Translations under genes and position numbers: made by a program
In this document: piece by piece, positions 52,851 to 64,000 of the stretch
Position numbering within the stretch: the first letter of the stretch is position 1
Layout: the number at the start of each line of letters is the position of its first letter
DNA from: Octopus vulgaris
Taxonomy: Eukaryota
DNA: 64,000 bases
Reading direction: 5' to 3'
NCBI GenBank assembly: GCA_951406725.2
Contig: OX597818.1
Coordinates: 114,266,001-114,330,000, forward strand
Notes under the pieces: generated by a model
Seen by the model: the letters and a program-made list of their open reading frames with translations, nothing else
What the model was told of the DNA's origin: nothing
Databases searched by the model: none

Positions 52851-52988
52851 TAAAAGGCAAAGATCAACTACAATTCGACAACAAAATTCGAAGCTGTAAC
52901 AGAACTCAGCATCAAAGACCTAAACAAGAAAACAACAGAAACACCGAGTCATAGAAAAGTAGAAACACATAAATATATCGAATCGTGG

Positions 52989-53366
52989 CACTCCGTCGGT
53001 TATGACGACGAGGGTTCCAGTTGATCCGATTTACGGAACAGCCTGCTCGTGAAATTAACGTACAAATGGCTGAGCACTCCACAGACATGTGCACCCTTAA
53101 CGTATTTCTCGGGGAGATTCAGCGTGACACAGAGTGTGACAAAGCTGGCCCTTTGAAATACGGGTACAACAGAAACAAGAAGAAAGAGTGGGAGAAAGTT
53201 GTGGGGAAAAAATACAGTGGGGTTCACCACCATCTCCTGCCGAAGCCTCGTGGAGCTTTTATGTGTCATCGCTCAATAAACACTCACACGCCCGGTCTGG
53301 GAATCAAAACCGCGATCCTATGACCGCGAGTCCGCTGCCCTAACTACTAGGCCATTGCACCTCCAC
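52989..53366 (-). mobile_element. SINE group B, full length
   Basis: Near-identical to 4731-5096. Confidence 0.9.
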
Positions 53367-54143
53367 AATATATCGAATATTTCACAAAACCTTATAGGAA
53401 GCACTATAGGCGTAGGCAAGGCTATGAGGTAACCACATAGTTCCGGGTTCAGTCCCACTGCATGGCACCTTGGGCAAGTGTTTTCTACTATAGCCTTGGA
53501 CCGACAAAGCCTTGTTATTGGATTTCATAAACGGAAACTAAAAGAAGCCTGTCGTATATATATATATATATATACACAGACATGTGTGTGTGTGTCTACC
53601 ACCACTGCTTGACAACTGGTTATGGCCGTTCGGTAAAAGAAATAATAGCAACAGGTGTCTTTCGACTGAGAACGAATTAAATTGAACTGGCGTGTATGAA
53701 GTGAAAGCCTATAAGCAAGAACATAGGAGATAGCCATAAGAGGTGTTGGTGGTCGGCAGTCAGGCCAAGAAAGAAAGATCATGCCTGGCCGGACACCGGT
53801 CACATGGAAGGAGGAGAGAAGGGTAGGGACAGCGAGATTGAAGTATTAGAAAAAAAAATTAGAGACAAAAAGAAAGATACAGGGGAGATAAACGAGTGGC
53901 AGATAGTTAAAGAGAGGGCCAACAAATGTGAGAGAGGAAGAACGAATTATGATTAAGGGTATCGAAGAGATATGACCATGCTAGAGATAGCAGTCCGAAC
54001 TTGATTCTAAAACAACTTCATGAATTAGTGACAAAGCGTAGAAGTGGTCGCGAGTGAGTAAAATTTGAACTTAAGAATATTATTCACACACAGCCATGTG
54101 TGAATGAGATTTATTACAATTCATATTTATTACAATATAGTGT

Positions 54144-54510
54144 AGCCGGGCGAAATGCGTAACCGTATTTCGTCTGCCGTCACGTTCTGAGTTCAAATTC
54201 CGCCGAGGTTGACTTTGTCTTTCATCCTTTCGGGGTCGATAAATTAAGTACCAGTTACGCACTGGGGTCGATGTAATCGACTTAATCCGTTTGTCTGTCC
54301 TTGTTTGTCCCCTCTATGTTTAGCACCTTGTGGGTAGTATAGAAATAGGTATTTCGTCTGTAATTACGTTCTGAGTTCAAATTCCGCCGAGGTCGACTTT
54401 GCCTTTCATCCTTTCGGGGTCGATAAATTAAGTACCATTTGTGTAGTGGGGTCTATATAATCAACTGGCCCCCCTCCCCAACAAATGTTCGGGCCTTGTA
54501 CATAGAGCAG
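54144..54510 (+). mobile_element. SINE group C dimer
   Basis: cgttctgagttcaaattccgccgagg at 54183 and 54367 (184 bp apart). Confidence 0.85.
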
Positions 54511-55061
54511 AAAATAATATAATGTATTCTATGAATATGAGGTAGATCTTTGCAAGATACCTAAATACTGAATTGAATCAAACATTTTGTAATATTGGTT
54601 TCCAATTTTGGCAAAAGGCCATCAAATCCGGATGGGGCGAAAGTTGATTACATCGGCTTCAGTGCTCAGCTGATACTCATGTTATCGAGTACCGCGATAA
54701 GAAATGCCAAAGACGACCTTGATGGAATTTGAACTCAGAATGCACAGATAGATGAAATACCACGAAGCTTTCACCCTGCATGTTAACGACTCTGTCATCT
54801 CGTCGTCCTAGTACTTGGAATAAATAATAATATTACTCGAAAATTGCTTTACGTACTTTTGGCACATTTAGCTTATATAATAACATTTTTCATTTAAACT
54901 ATTTTTTTAAAAGATTAGCACCATGACGCTCATCTTCATGAGTTCTATCATAGAAGCTAAACAAAAACAAAATGTTTAGGTTTTTGATTCGCTTTTAGGC
55001 GTTACCTCTTTTTTCGGCACGTTTGGCCCCAGTAGTTTTTTTATTTAATTTTTTTTATATC

Positions 55062-55165
55062 TGTGTGGTAAGTAGCTTGCTTGCCAACCACAGCCTCTTC
55101 TACTATAGCCTACCAAAGCCTTGTGAGTGGATTTGGTAGACGGAAACTGAAAGAAGCCCGTCGTT

Positions 55166-55220
<55 letters not shown>

Positions 55221-55431
55221 GTATCTGCATATGTGAGTCTGTGTTTGTCCCCCAACATCGCTTGACAACCGATGCTGGTGTGTTTACGTCCCCGTAATTT
55301 AGCGGTTCAGCAAAAGACACCGATAGAATAAGTACTAGGCTTACAAAGAATGAGTCCTAGTGTCGATTTGCTCGTCTAAAGGCGGTGCTCCAGCATGGCC
55401 ACAGTCAAATGACCGAAACAAGTAAAAGAGT
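55062..55431 (+). mobile_element. SINE group A with internal deletion
   Basis: Colinear with 12390-12792. Confidence 0.85.
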
Positions 55432-55716
55432 ATATATATATATATAATTAGCGCCATGGGATTCTTGTTTTCGAGATCTATGAGAAAAATTAAATTTAAA
55501 TATAGCTTTCTTTTGAAAGAAGAAGAATATTCGGACTCAAAGTCGATTTCAGGCGTTCTTATAACGCTTGTGGCCTCACATTTTACTCAAAATTATTTTC
55601 TACTGAATCAATTTTTGAAATGTAGCTTATGATGTGACCAATCAAAAAATGTAAATCTCATCTAATTTGGTTTAAAATTGTGTTAGAGACAAAGCCTACA
55701 CACACACACACACACT

Positions 55717-55753
<37 letters not shown>

Positions 55754-56134
55754 ACACACACATACACACACACGCACACACACACACTCATACACATGCT
55801 CATACATGCACGCACAAATATTGTATAACCAAATGATAGTTTTATAATTGTCATAATAAACATATAAAAGTGTCCGATGTCATCATTTATCGACAATTAA
55901 ACGCCCTATTTCATAACCATGTACACAGAAGAGTCTGTTTTCTAAATGATTTAAACTCTTTCATTGCTCTTGTAAACACTCTTAACATGGCTTCTATGGT
56001 TTCTATGAATACCAAACAACAACATTTATCATTGATCGTGTCAGGCAGATGAAAACGTGACCGTCTATCGAAGATATTTTCCTCGCAGTCCCTTAATTCT
56101 GAGTTCGATCGCACCTCATCAACCGTAACTTAGA

Positions 56135-57300
56135 TAGATTTCGGCCTGTATAAGCCCAGGCTAATAATACATTAATAGCGCCATCTGGTGAGTCTCTTAG
56201 ATCGTGCTTCACACCTCAATCATATAGGGGACAACATGGCCTACTCTAGCCAAGAGTTATTGTTGGAGACATATCCGGGTGTAGGAGGTTGGTCTGGGTT
56301 GTTTTTGAGAAATTTGTCCAGGGAACTTTTGAATTTTATGGGATCTGTTTCCATTTTGATGCATTTTGGTATAATATTAAAGAGAGCTGGACAGGTTGAG
56401 GTAAAGTAGTTCTGTTTTGAGTTCGATTTTTGTAGTGGGCCATTAGCACGGGTGCCAAGTCTTGGGTGGATTTTAAAAGTGGTGCCAACATCATTTGTGC
56501 AATATTGATGGAATATTTTTCACATCACTCAAATGATGTAGCGCTCACGGCGGCGCTGGAGGAAGTAGAGCTTAAGTTTTTTAGTCGATCCCAGTATTCA
56601 ATGCCTGTCATGCTTTCTATCTTTCTTGTTATTGGCCTCTGGAGTGCTTCCACTTTCATAATGCTTTGCATGGTGTGGCGACACCACAGTGGGCAACAGT
56701 ATTCACGGTGGGTCGGGCAAAAGTAGAGTAGAGAAGGATGATGGTGTGGGCATCTCTCGACCAGAAAGTTCTTAGAATCCAGGAGCACAACTTGCGGGCC
56801 AAGTCAACCTTGCTTTTTACATATGAACTCCAACTTAGATTGCTATCAACAATTACTTCGAGGTTTCTGGTGTTGTTGAATGACACTAGGGAGTCTCCCG
56901 AGGGAAGTATATGTGGCAGTTTCAGAGTATCCTCTTTTCGAAAGTGGATCAAATTAAACTTATCTTCATTTGGAAGCATATTGTTCTTTTTCACCCATTG
57001 GACAACGGCAATCAGATCCGACTGAAGGCATGTTTGGTCTCCCATACCGTTTATGGCCTTCTGGAGCTTGGAATCATCTGCAAAGATTTTCAATGTACAA
57101 TGTTTGATGATATCTCTTATGTCATTGATGTAGATAATGAAGATGAGTGGGTCCAACACTGTACCTTGTGGGGCACTAATACTTACTTTGGCTGAGCTTG
57201 ACCAGATTCCCTCAACCACAACATGTTGGGTTCCGTTTGCCAGGAAACAATCCACTGAAGCTGCTTTCTACGGATTCCAATGTTGGACAGTTTCTTCAGC
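56135..57300 (-). mobile_element. 5'-truncated CR1-like LINE (RT core to 3' end), frameshifted
   Basis: ORF 56656-57255 has PQGTVLDPLIFIIYIND and KIFADDSKL; downstream EYCCPLW and YWDRLK. Confidence 0.88.
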
Positions 57301-57549
57301 AGGATTTTGTGGTCCACTCTGAAAGAGAGGAAAAGAGAGCAAAGAGAGAAGAAACTAGGTAGGAAATTTACCTAGGTGCTAGGTATTAGTTTTGTTGCTC
57401 TCGCTGTCGTTGCTAGTTTTGATACCGCTGCTGCTGTTGTTGTCATAGCAACTGTTACATTTGTTGATGTTGGTACTGCTACTGCTAATGCCGTTCTTGT
57501 CTTTTTGCAGCTGCTGTTGTTACTCCTGTAAGGGTTGCGGTGTTTTCCT

Positions 57550-57830
57550 GACGACAAAAATCTCATAAGTAATTTTCAGCACCACACAAGCGGCATGTTG
57601 ACATTCTGCTGTCAATCTGCAACACTACATTGGGCAAGTGTCTGGCATTTCTTCCGCTTCCTCCTGTTTGATCTGGAGCAAGCAGACCTTCGGTGTGAGG
57701 ACAAAACAAACTGTACTTTTAGTTTGGATTCCGTCGAGAAACGAGTCGCTGCCCTTCTGGACAACACAGGCTAAAATAGTATCCAATCGTTGTAGAAATC
57801 GTTTCATATTAACGTGAGAGTTCCTTCTTC
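57550..57830 (-). pseudogene. Possible Tc1/mariner transposase C-terminal relic
   Basis: Weak resemblance (LDTILACVVQK, IKQEEAEEMP..C) to the post-SPDL helical region. Confidence 0.3.
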
Positions 57831-58231
57831 CCGAGTATGTTGATTAGAAGCGTTCTGTGTCATATATATATGAATTATGGAGTTCCTCAGCACGAGGACT
57901 TGAATTTTTGAAAAGAACAGTCCAGTTCGGAAAATCTTCATACAATTATTGTTGCTGTTGTTGCTGAAGTTCTATTCTATTTCTCTCTTTTGTTGATAAC
58001 AGTGATGCTGCTACTGTTTTTTATTCTTGTGGCCGTTATCTTCTTGTGCTGGAATCTTCGTTACGCTGTTATTGCTCTCAAACTGTGTTTTTGTCGCCAT
58101 GGCAACAACGTCACCATCACTTTGAAGACTACTAGTATTCAGAGCGCAACTACGCTTGTATTTTTGTATGTTCCGTCTCGTGATTCTCTCATTCTCTAAC
58201 GTTTCTCCTTCGAATTTTATTACGAATTAAC

Positions 58232-58531
58232 TTCCGAAAGGATGAAAGGCAAAGTCGACTTCAGCGGAATTTGAACTCAGAACATAACGGCAGACGAAAT
58301 ACCTATTTCTTTACTACTCACAAAGGGCTAAACACAGAGCGGACAAACAAGGACAGACAAACGGATTAAGTCGATTATATCAACCCCAGTGCGTAACTGG
58401 TACTTATTTAATCGACCCCGAAAGGATGAAAGGCAAAGTCGACCACGGTGGAATTCGAACTCAGAACGTAGCCGCAAACGAAATAACATTAAGCATTTCG
58501 CCCAGCGTGCTAACGTTTCTGCCAGCTCGCT
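58232..58531 (-). mobile_element. SINE group C dimer
   Basis: Core at 58234 and 58418 (184 bp apart). Confidence 0.85.
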
Positions 58532-59114
58532 GAAGGAAGTTTCTGTGTAGTCGCTCGCCTTGCCAGGAATAACTGACAAATCCCACTTAAATCACACGCT
58601 ACCGTCTTATTGGAAGGGCACATTTGGACGTCAGGCCTATTTACAATACATCAAAATAATGGGAAAATTCAGGACTATCGCGTTATTATTTGCGCTAATA
58701 TGACTGACTATGGCCTAATCTACAACAACAACAACAACAATTAATAGGGTGTGGAACTGAAGTAACCCAATCAATCTGGAATCACAGTGTACCGCGACTA
58801 TGTAAGCCAGATTAACTCGTAGATCAACTTAAAGAGATTGACCATAGGCTAAATATTAACTATTACAATTGGATAATGTGTCTGATTAAGGTTCATTATT
58901 GGCTTTTTAATAGTTGTTAATGTAAATAACGGTCTGAAAGAGAGTCAGTACCATTTATAAAGAAAATAATCACGTTAATATTCTCTTAATGGCAATAAAG
59001 ATTTTCTAACTTATATCGATTAGCAACGGGTGAGAAAAACTGCTCTCCATGAAAGGTTCGATAGAAGCCTGTAACACTTTTCCATTGTAAATATATACAC
59101 ACTTGCACACATGG

Positions 59115-59237
<123 letters not shown>

Positions 59238-59769
59238 AATAATATATAAATATATGCATATATACATACATATATGTACATACCTACATATATATGTATA
59301 CATACATACATGCATGCATATATGGGTACAAGACATCAAAAAAAAGAAAACGTTGAACACAATGAGAAACGAAAACATAAAAACAAAAATATAGAAACGA
59401 ACTTTTTTTCCAACAACGAAAAAAATAAACTGAGAAACGGGACATACAACATAAAGAATATTGCCCTTCTTCAGTGGTCCCTGTTTCATCTACTCCGCGT
59501 TACGAAGGCAAGGGCAAGACGCGACTTTGTTGAAACAGTCCTTCCCGCAAAGGGATTTTTTGCGGAGGGTGAAAGTGGTAACAAGAACAGGACAGTGAGA
59601 AGAGGAGAGGAGAAGAATAGGGAAAGGTGGGAGAGAAAACCAGAAAGGATGAAGAACATGAGAGGGAGAGAGATAGATAGAGAAGAGATAGTAAAGATAG
59701 AACAGTGCGCATCGTAATTATTACGATAAAACTTAAATGCATGGCGTTCGATCATATAATATAGTATAA

Positions 59770-60150
59770 TCTCTCTCTATATAAACGGCAGTTTGTCTGT
59801 GTGTGTGTCTGTGTGTCTGTCAGGTTGTACCTTCACCCTGACCACGGCTTTCAACCGATTCTGATGAAACTTGACACACACATAGCCCAATGTCATAATT
59901 CAAAACTAACACAGCGAAAATTTTGAAAAGTTCCCCCATTTCTGAAAAACACCGATAAATTCGACATGGGGTCGAGAAGCAGAAACACAAATCACAGACT
60001 GCCTAGGGGACGCAACTCGACCTTTTTAACTAAAAAAAATTTACCATCGTTTTTTTCCCATTTTTTTGCTATTTTTTGGCTATAACTCTCTAAAAATGCT
60101 TTATAGTTATTTCCCTTACAAACCCGAGCAACGCCGGGTGATACTGCTAG
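59770..60150 (+). mobile_element. Non-autonomous Helitron
   Basis: A|TC...hairpin cccgagcaacgccggg...CTAG|T with no TSD. Confidence 0.88.
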
Positions 60151-60160
60151 TATAATATAA

Positions 60161-60491
60161 AGGTCGCTGAATAAGGGTTGTTCAAGGATGTTGAACGAAA
60201 CACCCATGTTTCTAGAGGTGAATTATTCAAACCCCAAAGAATCCCTCTCAACACATGGCTATGATGCTCCTCCACTACTTCTGCTCGTGATCAGAGATGC
60301 ACATATCGTCATCCACTAAGGGACATGCTCAACTGGTTAAGGTCAAACAACTGACAAGCAAACCTGTGGTAGTGAGCACAATATTTGCTGTAGCCCATCT
60401 TTTATACCAAGACAAATCAATATACATGATGACACTTCCAATCAATTTAGATCAGAAGCCACGAGAGCCACTGCCTGGAACTGCATCAGAG

Positions 60492-60493
<2 letters not shown>
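60161..60493 (-). mobile_element. 5' portion of the (TAA)n-associated element family
   Basis: 60161-60430 is the reverse complement of ~28630-28900; extends ~60 bp further to the (ATT)n. Confidence 0.8.
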
Positions 60494-60539
<46 letters not shown>

Positions 60540-60574
60540 CATTATTATTATTATTATTATTATCATCATCATCA

Positions 60575-60639
<65 letters not shown>

Positions 60640-60641
<2 letters not shown>

Positions 60642-63224
60642 TTTTTTTTTTCTTCTTTCAAATTTTCTTCCATTTCTTGCCGAGTGTCTTCCCGACACCT
60701 AGGGCAAAGAAACTCATAGTGTATATTGGTAGGCCATTAAACCAAACTCAGTAGTTCGTTCATTTTTTTTTTTTTTTTTAAAGTTAAATTAAAATACATG
60801 AGCAGCAACAGTTCTCACATCGACAATGCTCTTCTCAATACGTGTGATGTACCAGTTAAGACAATCTTTTGCACTTCTTGCAGGGATGGTAAGCCAGGGA
60901 TCATTCTCATATAATTTTCGGTTCCCTTCTTGATCATTCCTAGTGCTCCTGCGATCACTGGTATTGTAACCGCCTTGAGATGCCACATTTTCTCAATTTC
61001 AATGAGTAGGTCTTTATATTTTCTGAGCTTGTCAAACTCTTTCGCTGAGATATTATGATCACAGGGGATGCTCATGTCGATCAATAAGCAAACTTTATTG
61101 TTTTGGTCTTTCACAACAATATCTGGTTTATTGGCCTTGATGGTTCGGTCTGTATGTACTGGAATGTCCCACAGAATGGTTACATTTTCTCCTTCAGTTA
61201 CAGCCTCAGGGTGGTGATTATACCACTTGTCGCCAGTTTTGATATTGTAATGCCGACTTATTAGCCAGTGGATATATTGGCCAACTCTGTCATGTCTTAA
61301 TTTATACTCCACTGGTGCTAAGACTTTACATCCAGAGATTAGGTGGTCCACTGTTTCAATCATGTCGTTGCAGAATCGGCATTTTGGGTCTGCTCCATTT
61401 TTCATCACATTGGCCTGGTAGTTCCGGGTTAATAGGCTTTGGTCTTGAGCAGCCAGGATGAAACCTTCGCTCTCTGCTTTTAGCCCTGAGCTCCGCAGCC
61501 ACTGATGGGTTTGCTTCTGGTCAACATCAGCTTGTTTGCTGCGGGTCACATATTTGCCGTGCAGAGGTTTCTCCTCCCACCTATCAGCCAATTGCTCGTG
61601 CGCTTTTTTCATTGCCATCATTTTCACCTTCTTTGCAACAATAGTTGCCGTACTTCCCTCGGGTTGTTCAGTTTGGGTATCCTGCACGAGATCAATAGCA
61701 AATTTTTTGCTTTCCTTGATGATAGAATGAAGCTTCTTTCGTCTCTCGTGATTTTCCACGAGCTTTAGCATCCAGTCATTCGATATTTCGAGATATTTGG
61801 CCAGTCCAATTGTGGTTGTTTTGTAAGCTAGTTCAAATTGGATCAGGCCTCGACCTCCTTGGGCTCTGGGAAGGTAAAGGCGATCTACGTCTGCCTTTGG
61901 GTGGTGCATCCTATTACAACTCAGCAGCTTGCGTATTTTTCTATCTATATTCTTTACTTCACTCATATTCCAGTTCAACACATTGTAGCTATAAGTAACA
62001 ACTGGAACTGCTAAGGAATTTATAGCTAACACCTTGTTACGTGCATTTAGTTCAGATTTCAGGACTGCACGAACTCTCCTATAACATTCCTTCCTGATTT
62101 TCTCTTTCATGCTTGCATGCTGAATACCAGAGCCTTCATTTATCCCTAAATATTTGTATGTTTGTTCTTGCTCAAGCTCTCTTATGACTTTGTCAACATC
62201 TAACACGACTGAATTTGTGGTCTTCACTTTCCCTTTCTGGAAAGTGGCCTTGGCACACTTCTCAAGTCCAAACTCCATCCCGATGTCATCGCTGAATGCT
62301 TTCACGGTGCGCAATAGGCCTTCAAGTTCATTATTGTCTTTACCATAAAGTTTTAAGTCATCCATATAAAATAGATGGCTTATTTTTTTATTGGCAATTT
62401 TATACCCATACCCTGTTCTGTTTAATTCACTTGTAAGGGGTATTAGGGCTATGCAGAATATTAAAGGTGAAAGTGAGTCACCTTGAAAAATTCCACAGTT
62501 GATGTTTATATTTTCTGAGGCAAGTACTCCATTAGAGTGGTATAATTGGAGATTCGTATTCCACAACGACATATTGTGCTTCAGGAAGTTTGAAATCACA
62601 GGGGAAATTTTGAAGATGTCCAGCGATCTCAAGATCCATGGATGCGGTATACTGTCGAAGGCCTTTTTATAGTCAATCCATGCGGTGCTGAGATTTCTGC
62701 GCTTGTTGTGACAGTTCTCAAGGATCATACGATTGATTAGCAGTTGATCTTTGAATCCGTAAGAGCCTCGGCGGCACCCTTTTTGTTCAATGGGGAAAAT
62801 ATCGTTCTTCTCCATGAATGCATGTTTTCTACGCCAGGATAGATGTTAGGATTTTATACGTGGTGGATAGACAGGTTATAGGCCGATAGTTTTTTGGAAG
62901 GTTGGTTTCGTTATTCTTTGGGAGTAGGTAAGTAATGCCACTTGCTAACCATTCAGGTGTTTTCTTTGGGTCTCTCATAATTCCATTGAGCAGCTGAACT
63001 AGCTTACCGTGTGCGCACGGGAGCGATGCGAGCCAGAAATTCGGCACCCTATCTTTACTGGGGGATTTCCAATTATGGGCCTTCGTGAGTGCCTTTCTTA
63101 GGTCTGCTATTGTGATGTCTTCCCATGCTTGTTGTTGTAAATTTTGGTAGGATCCTTCAGTTTGTATAATCCAGTCTGCATTTATGTTGTACGTCTTCTT
63201 GTCACTCCAAATCCTTTTCCAAAA

Positions 63225-63225
<1 letters not shown>
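60640..63225 (-). mobile_element. 5'-truncated R4/Dong-type RLE LINE in (TAA)n
   Basis: Bounded by (ATT)n at 60494-60640 and 63226-63449; coding frame runs to ~63224 with one frameshift near 62820-62832; ~175-bp 3' UTR. Confidence 0.92.
60815..62815 (-). CDS. Non-LTR retrotransposon polyprotein: reverse transcriptase, CCHC zinc knuckle, restriction-like endonuclease
   Basis: WIDYKKAFDS, GIFQGDSLSP, YMDD; CRFC..ETVDHLISGC; RHD; KPDIVV..LIDMSIP..K..KY. The listed start is internal. Confidence 0.93.
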   Translation of the reverse strand: MEKNDIFPIEQKGCRRGSYGFKDQLLINRMILENCHNKRRNLSTAWIDYKKAFDSIPHPWILRSLDIFKISPVISNFLKHNMSLWNTNLQLYHSNGVLASENININCGIFQGDSLSPLIFCIALIPLTSELNRTGYGYKIANKKISHLFYMDDLKLYGKDNNELEGLLRTVKAFSDDIGMEFGLEKCAKATFQKGKVKTTNSVVLDVDKVIRELEQEQTYKYLGINEGSGIQHASMKEKIRKECYRRVRAVLKSELNARNKVLAINSLAVPVVTYSYNVLNWNMSEVKNIDRKIRKLLSCNRMHHPKADVDRLYLPRAQGGRGLIQFELAYKTTTIGLAKYLEISNDWMLKLVENHERRKKLHSIIKESKKFAIDLVQDTQTEQPEGSTATIVAKKVKMMAMKKAHEQLADRWEEKPLHGKYVTRSKQADVDQKQTHQWLRSSGLKAESEGFILAAQDQSLLTRNYQANVMKNGADPKCRFCNDMIETVDHLISGCKVLAPVEYKLRHDRVGQYIHWLISRHYNIKTGDKWYNHHPEAVTEGENVTILWDIPVHTDRTIKANKPDIVVKDQNNKVCLLIDMSIPCDHNISAKEFDKLRKYKDLLIEIEKMWHLKAVTIPVIAGALGMIKKGTENYMRMIPGLPSLQEVQKIVLTGTSHVLRRALSM

Positions 63226-63301
<76 letters not shown>

Positions 63302-63324
63302 CATCATCATCATCATCATCATCA

Positions 63325-63355
<31 letters not shown>

Positions 63356-63372
63356 CATCATCATCATCATCA

Positions 63373-63449
<77 letters not shown>

Positions 63450-63452
<3 letters not shown>

Positions 63453-64000
63453 TAGTTTTATTTTTATTTTTATAGCGTGCTTTCACTTCACTACCGAGCG
63501 CAGCTCTGTGTGCCTTGGGTATGTGCTGTGATTTGTTGTGATGCTCTGATGGTTATTGTATGGAAAGTGTTCTGCGTAGGATGTGGGCAGTGCCTAGTAG
63601 TGCAATTTTCTGTATGTTATATGTGTTTGTAAGTCCTGGTGTTTTTGTTATGTATTTGTCTGAATATTTTTTTATCATGCCTAATGCACCTACTATGATA
63701 GGAATTGTTTCTGTTTTCAGATTCCACATTCTAGTTACCTCTATTTCCAGGTCTTTGTATTTTGAGAGTTTCTCCATTTCTTTTAGAGACACGTTGTCAT
63801 CTGCCGGTATTGATACATCAATTAAAAAGCATTTTTTTTCTTCATGATCTCTGACAACTATATCTGGTCTGTTGGCCTTAATTTCTCTATCTGTGTGTAT
63901 CGGCATATCCCAGAGTATGGTTGCTTTCTCGTTTTCTGTGACCTTTTCTGGTGTGTGCCTATACCATCTTTTTTCTGTTGTTATTCCATAATGTTGGCAT
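63450..64000 (-). mobile_element. 3' end of a second R4/Dong subfamily element (runs off window)
   Basis: ORF 63553-63906 has ANRPDIVV..LIDVSIP..KYKDLEIE; distinct 3' UTR and (TAA)n tail. Confidence 0.9.

Noticed and set aside
60425-60495. Minus-strand CTGATGC...GGAA-gtg-TC hammerhead-like string
   Set aside because: Two core substitutions and weak stems; cannot be supported without a family consensus.

Overview
AT-rich, repeat-saturated eukaryotic DNA with no host protein-coding gene that I can support. The microsatellite load and tRNA-headed SINE types look like a coleoid cephalopod (octopus-like) intergenic or intronic region; this is inference, not a database match. Contents: (TA)n, (CA)n, (TAGA)n and (TAA)n microsatellites; three tRNA-derived SINE groups; R4/Dong-type RLE LINEs in (TAA)n, one with a near-intact 666-aa RT-ZnF-RLE ORF; CR1-like and RTE LINE relics; a decayed Ty3/Gypsy element; Tc1/mariner, hAT and Merlin-like DNA elements; autonomous and non-autonomous Helitron pieces. 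The main hidden signal is about 15 minimal type-I hammerhead ribozyme (HHR) motifs or half-motifs (CUGANGA, stem II, GAAA, palindromic stem III, UH) from several sequence-unrelated families. Most lie in short non-coding elements nested in microsatellites, and several lie at the centre of long fold-back duplications. One is fused downstream of a tRNA-derived Pol III head. This fits a community of non-autonomous Penelope-like/retrozyme-type retroelements. Ribozyme activity, copy number and novelty are untested. Coordinates of degraded repeats are approximate.
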